From contig DATGYZ010000022.1 of assembly GCA_035297425.1 (NCBI GenBank), positions 25,228 through 89,227 on the forward strand: DNA of 64,000 bases, given 5' to 3'. The position numbers were made by a program, and so were the translations under genes. The notes below the pieces were generated by a model. The model saw only the letters and a list, made by a program, of their open reading frames with translations. It ran no database searches and was not told where the DNA came from. Below are positions 60,982-64,000 of this stretch, in pieces (position 1 is the first letter of the stretch; every line of letters starts with the position of its first letter). Origin of the DNA: Bacteroidales bacterium. Lineage in GTDB: Bacteria; Bacteroidota; Bacteroidia; Bacteroidales; VadinHA17.

Positions 60982-61578
60982 TTAAGGTTTAATTGAGGTT
61001 AGCATAATTTTAGAAATCCAGTCTGGAGCCAAAGTGGCATCATACAGAACATTCTCCTTTTTCTCTTTTTTTAACAACTCTATAATTTTAAATTTTTGAA
61101 TTTCGGTGACATTTGTGACGCCAATTTCCCGGAGAGCCTGTATGACCAGACCACTGATTTCTCCTTTTGTAGAAAGATTTTTTGGACTTGATTTCTTGAA
61201 TTTTATTGATTGATTCCCAATTTTGATGCTGCGTTGCGCTCCATCAGTCAGATAGACTACCTTCATTGGAACCTGTGTTGATAGTCCGAGTTTGTTCAAG
61301 GCTTGTGCCCCTGTGGGAATAATTCGTGCCTTGTCTCTTTTAGCAATTTTTTTTGCTATTTCATCTATCGGAGGGTACAAAATTCCCAGCTCCTTATCAA
61401 TTTTTGGATAAAGGTAAAGTCCTTTAGCTAGTCTCACTATAATTCCTTTTTCTTCTAGTCTTCCTAAGCCTTGGTGAATCGCATCAGCACTGCCTATCTT
61501 GGAAAATGCTGCTGGAAAATATATTTTACCACGCTTGCCTTGTACAATCTTGTCAAGTATCTGATTTTCAATTGACAT
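60982..61578 (-). CDS. abiEi: AbiEi-like antitoxin (DUF6088)
   Basis: wHTH LGRL...G.IVRLAKGLY, LGLSTQVP; directly upstream of AbiEii. Confidence 0.85.
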   Translation of the reverse strand: MSIENQILDKIVQGKRGKIYFPAAFSKIGSADAIHQGLGRLEEKGIIVRLAKGLYLYPKIDKELGILYPPIDEIAKKIAKRDKARIIPTGAQALNKLGLSTQVPMKVVYLTDGAQRSIKIGNQSIKFKKSSPKNLSTKGEISGLVIQALREIGVTNVTEIQKFKIIELLKKEKKENVLYDATLAPDWISKIMLTSIKP

Positions 61579-61601
61579 AATGTTATAATTAGCTATAATT
61601 C

Positions 61602-61630
61602 TGTCAGAAAAATAGTAAATATTCCTGACA
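61602..61630. promoter_or_regulatory. Inverted repeat operator upstream of the abiE operon
   Basis: TGTCAGAAAAAT-N5-ATATTCCTGACA. Confidence 0.6.
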
Positions 61631-61705
61631 AAAAATAGACATGTTCTGAATATTTGACTTTTGTAGTGAAAAAATGTTGAAAGTCTCCTTTAACAATTTC
61701 ATATA

Positions 61706-62842
61706 TTACTGCCACTCTTTCAGAAATTCTTTAAATAGAAGTGTCTTGTGATGATCATTCAATAATGGGTCCGGATCATTTATTAAAGGATCATACCAAG
61801 CAACTTTTTTCTCTGCCCAATCCATCCAAATCTTCAATTCTTCAGAAACAGTTCCTTTCTTAACAGCATTTTCTTCAACTGTCTGGATGTAATTCCGGAG
61901 GATGTTCGACTGATGAAGGCGAATAGCTTGGAGAAAGAGTTTCTTGAAGGCATGTGCTTCTTTGTCCTGTCGTTCTTTAAGTTCTCTTTCAATTCTTTGT
62001 TGCTCTTCCCACTTTTTTCTTCGGATTTCAGCCGCAATCCTCTCTTCCTTCATCCTTTTACCCTCTAACTCAAGTATTGCAATGATCGTAGAAATCTTAG
62101 ATTCAATTGGTTCATGGCCATCCTTGACTTCTTTTCGATGATATGATCTAATATCAATGACAAAAACGAATTCCCCTGTTGATTCAACCTGTTGTCCGCC
62201 ATAACTTGTTTTTATATCAGATACTCTTTGTTTTTCTCTTAACCTGAATTTTACTTGTTCATCACCAATCTTTGCATAGGTTGTAAAATGATCTGCTATT
62301 ATATCATGGTTCCTGTATCTGAGAACCTTAATGATGGTATCCAGGAGGCGGAATGCTCTTTGTCTGCTTTCTTCCTGAACCTCGATATTCAGAACATTAA
62401 TTCTGTCAGGATGGGTTCCATGATGGCTTTTATAATATCTCCTGACTGCATCATAATAGTCCATCGTGCTTCTTATGAGTTTATCAGGTCTGGAAGAAAG
62501 TCTATCCGGTACTCTTAATGGCAAGTCTTTAGTATTTTCGATAGTCTGAATTAACATCCGTTGTTGTACAATGGGGGAGTCAACATCACTATCGCCTTCC
62601 CTTTTTTCATCAAGTGTTATTTCATCTTTTCCTTCATATTTTGTAGGAAGTTTAGTGACAATTACTTTCTTACCATACTGGATTTTTTGCCAGTGTCCCA
62701 TTGCTGGGATAGGAATATTCATTCGCTTGCAGATCTTTCGCAAGCCATTATCAGAAATCTTATACTTCTTTGCTAGTCTTGATAGTGGCTCAGTCCACAC
62801 CAGGTCATAGAGTTCTTTACGTGTCAATGTAACCTTTTCCAT
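61706..62842 (-). CDS. Hypothetical protein with an N-terminal HTH-like region
   Basis: LTRKELYDLVWTEPLSRLAKKYKISDNGLRKICKRMNIP; C-terminal coiled coil. Confidence 0.75.
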   Translation of the reverse strand: MEKVTLTRKELYDLVWTEPLSRLAKKYKISDNGLRKICKRMNIPIPAMGHWQKIQYGKKVIVTKLPTKYEGKDEITLDEKREGDSDVDSPIVQQRMLIQTIENTKDLPLRVPDRLSSRPDKLIRSTMDYYDAVRRYYKSHHGTHPDRINVLNIEVQEESRQRAFRLLDTIIKVLRYRNHDIIADHFTTYAKIGDEQVKFRLREKQRVSDIKTSYGGQQVESTGEFVFVIDIRSYHRKEVKDGHEPIESKISTIIAILELEGKRMKEERIAAEIRRKKWEEQQRIERELKERQDKEAHAFKKLFLQAIRLHQSNILRNYIQTVEENAVKKGTVSEELKIWMDWAEKKVAWYDPLINDPDPLLNDHHKTLLFKEFLKEWQ

Positions 62843-62877
62843 AATGTCGAATTAAGATTGGTTACTAAAGATATAAA

Positions 62878-63387
62878 TCAGAAATCAAATTCCAGAAGTT
62901 CCTCATCCTTGGTTACTTCATACCATAATTTCCTGGACATTAGTTCATCGTATTCTTCTTTGTCCATCAGCCTCCAAAGCACATGAGTGCCTTTCTGCAA
63001 AATAGGTCGAACAGTAATTATCTCATTCTTAGTAGTGAAAAATAAGCTGCAGTATAAGTAACCTCTTTCTATATGAACATCTGTCAACCGTACAATATGG
63101 ATATGTCCATCTTCTTTATACGTATACAAACTATTTACTTTTAAAACCTTGCCGGATGTACAAATGTTGTCACTGCTGATGTAATACCAGTTAGAAAAGA
63201 AATGACTACCAAGTTTAAGGAACCAGCCAATAAAAGATTTACGTGCGCAATGTAAAAAGAATTTCCACCTGATATATATTGTACACATATCCAATGAACT
63301 ACCGGATCCCCGCCCCCCCGGTTCATGCTCCGTCTCCGCCCCTGGGGAGGGAGGGTGCGGCAAAAAGGGCATCTTTTTATTGTGCAT
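62878..63387 (-). CDS. Hypothetical protein; only the C-terminal ~100 aa look coding, start uncertain
   Basis: The N-terminal part overlaps a GC-rich structured stretch. Confidence 0.35.
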   Translation of the reverse strand: MHNKKMPFLPHPPSPGAETEHEPGGRGSGSSLDMCTIYIRWKFFLHCARKSFIGWFLKLGSHFFSNWYYISSDNICTSGKVLKVNSLYTYKEDGHIHIVRLTDVHIERGYLYCSLFFTTKNEIITVRPILQKGTHVLWRLMDKEEYDELMSRKLWYEVTKDEELLEFDF

Positions 63388-63615
63388 GGTTTGTCAATAA
63401 GTTTATTATAAATACCTGGATAAACTGCTTTCTTCAGGATTATTTGAAAATAAAAAATTTCCCAAAAATGAAATTTCCTTGGACAAAAAGGCTTTTATAA
63501 TTTTTTTTATAAAAAAAATTATAAAATTTCCAAAAGGGCATTTAAGAATTGAAATTAAAATATCTCGGAGAGATCCTTTTGATGTTTTTGACGGTGAAAT
63601 CAACTACTATTGAAA

Positions 63616-63680
63616 ATGTACCTTTTTATACCGTTAAAATTGGCAAAAAAACATGGCAAAAATACCTTAAAAAGGTACAT
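63616..63680. repeat. Right-end integrase arm-type sites
   Basis: ATGTACCTTTTTATA 63616-63630 is identical to 32596-32610; TAAAAAGGTACAT 63668-63680 is identical to 32510-32522. Confidence 0.78.
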
Positions 63681-63893
63681 AATCAGGAATTAAAAATTCT
63701 GACTTCATTGTAAATAGCTAATTTTATGATAATTGCGAAGGAAGGTGATTGACAGCTAACAACCCTTTACATTTCAGTCTGCAATGCTACTGATCGGATG
63801 AGCAGACAGACGGCAAATATAGAATAAAATCATGAAGAATTAAAAACAAACCTTACTGCATTTGCATGCGATAGGAAAATCCGTTCGGAATCT

Positions 63894-64000
63894 CTAATTC
63901 ACATATCCGTCCGAAAGTGTTCTCATGAACGCCACAATAGCAGCTTCTTCTTCTGCCGTGAGGCCAAGGTTACCCAAATCAGCTTTGTTGATATTCTCTT
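63894..64000 (-). CDS. 3' end of a probable di-heme cytochrome c peroxidase family gene (host, partial)
   Basis: Manual translation ENINKADLGNLGLTAEEEAAIVAFMRTLSDGYVN*. Confidence 0.65.
   Translation of the reverse strand, partial: ENINKADLGNLGLTAEEEAAIVAFMRTLSDGYVN

Larger units (their letters stand above)
32432..63727. mobile_element. About 31.3 kb integrative element/defence island inserted at the 5' flank of tRNA-Val
   Basis: Integrase at the left end; TAATTTTAT direct repeat at 32432-32440 and 63719-63727; shared AAAGGTACAT motifs at both ends; visibly more AT-rich; host-type gene resumes at 63894. Confidence 0.8.

Noticed and set aside
62..62810. Numerous 60-170 aa ORFs antisense to or nested in long genes
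   Set aside because: Shadow ORFs without motifs that overlap well-supported CDSs
32432..63727. Prophage or self-transmissible ICE
   Set aside because: No capsid, terminase, tail, VirB4 or coupling-protein genes recognised

Overview
Bacterial DNA, most likely Bacteroidota/Bacteroidales, based on the gene families and repeated TAnnTTTG -7 promoter boxes. The left half (1-32.4 kb) is host backbone. It carries mtnA, lgt, ispD, ROK/SIS sugar genes and a two-component system. It also has an ECF sigma/anti-sigma operon with a 3-copy candidate promoter motif, and an Rrf2-led heme-copper oxidase whose active site is non-canonical (Asp at the His/Tyr positions, no CuA; gNOR-like) beside a nonsense-interrupted hemerythrin/PAS gene. 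The right half is an apparently complete ~31.3 kb AT-rich integrative element (about 32432-63727), inserted 1 nt upstream of the 5' end of tRNA-Val(GAC). It is bounded by a 9-bp direct repeat and by shared AAAGGTACAT arm-like motifs at both ends. Its cargo is mostly defence-like: HigBA, a lone PD-(D/E)XK protein, and a 12.6 kb Vsr-Dcm-(MORC/histidine kinase fusion)-receiver-MORC-Z1-DUF4420-AIPR locus, i.e. an MZA-type system coupled to a two-component relay. It also encodes MazG plus a DUF2075 helicase, an MBL hydrolase, an orphan methyltransferase, AbiE, and an RHH/Rep_trans-like/resolvase backbone. All calls come from motif reading by eye; no database searches were run.
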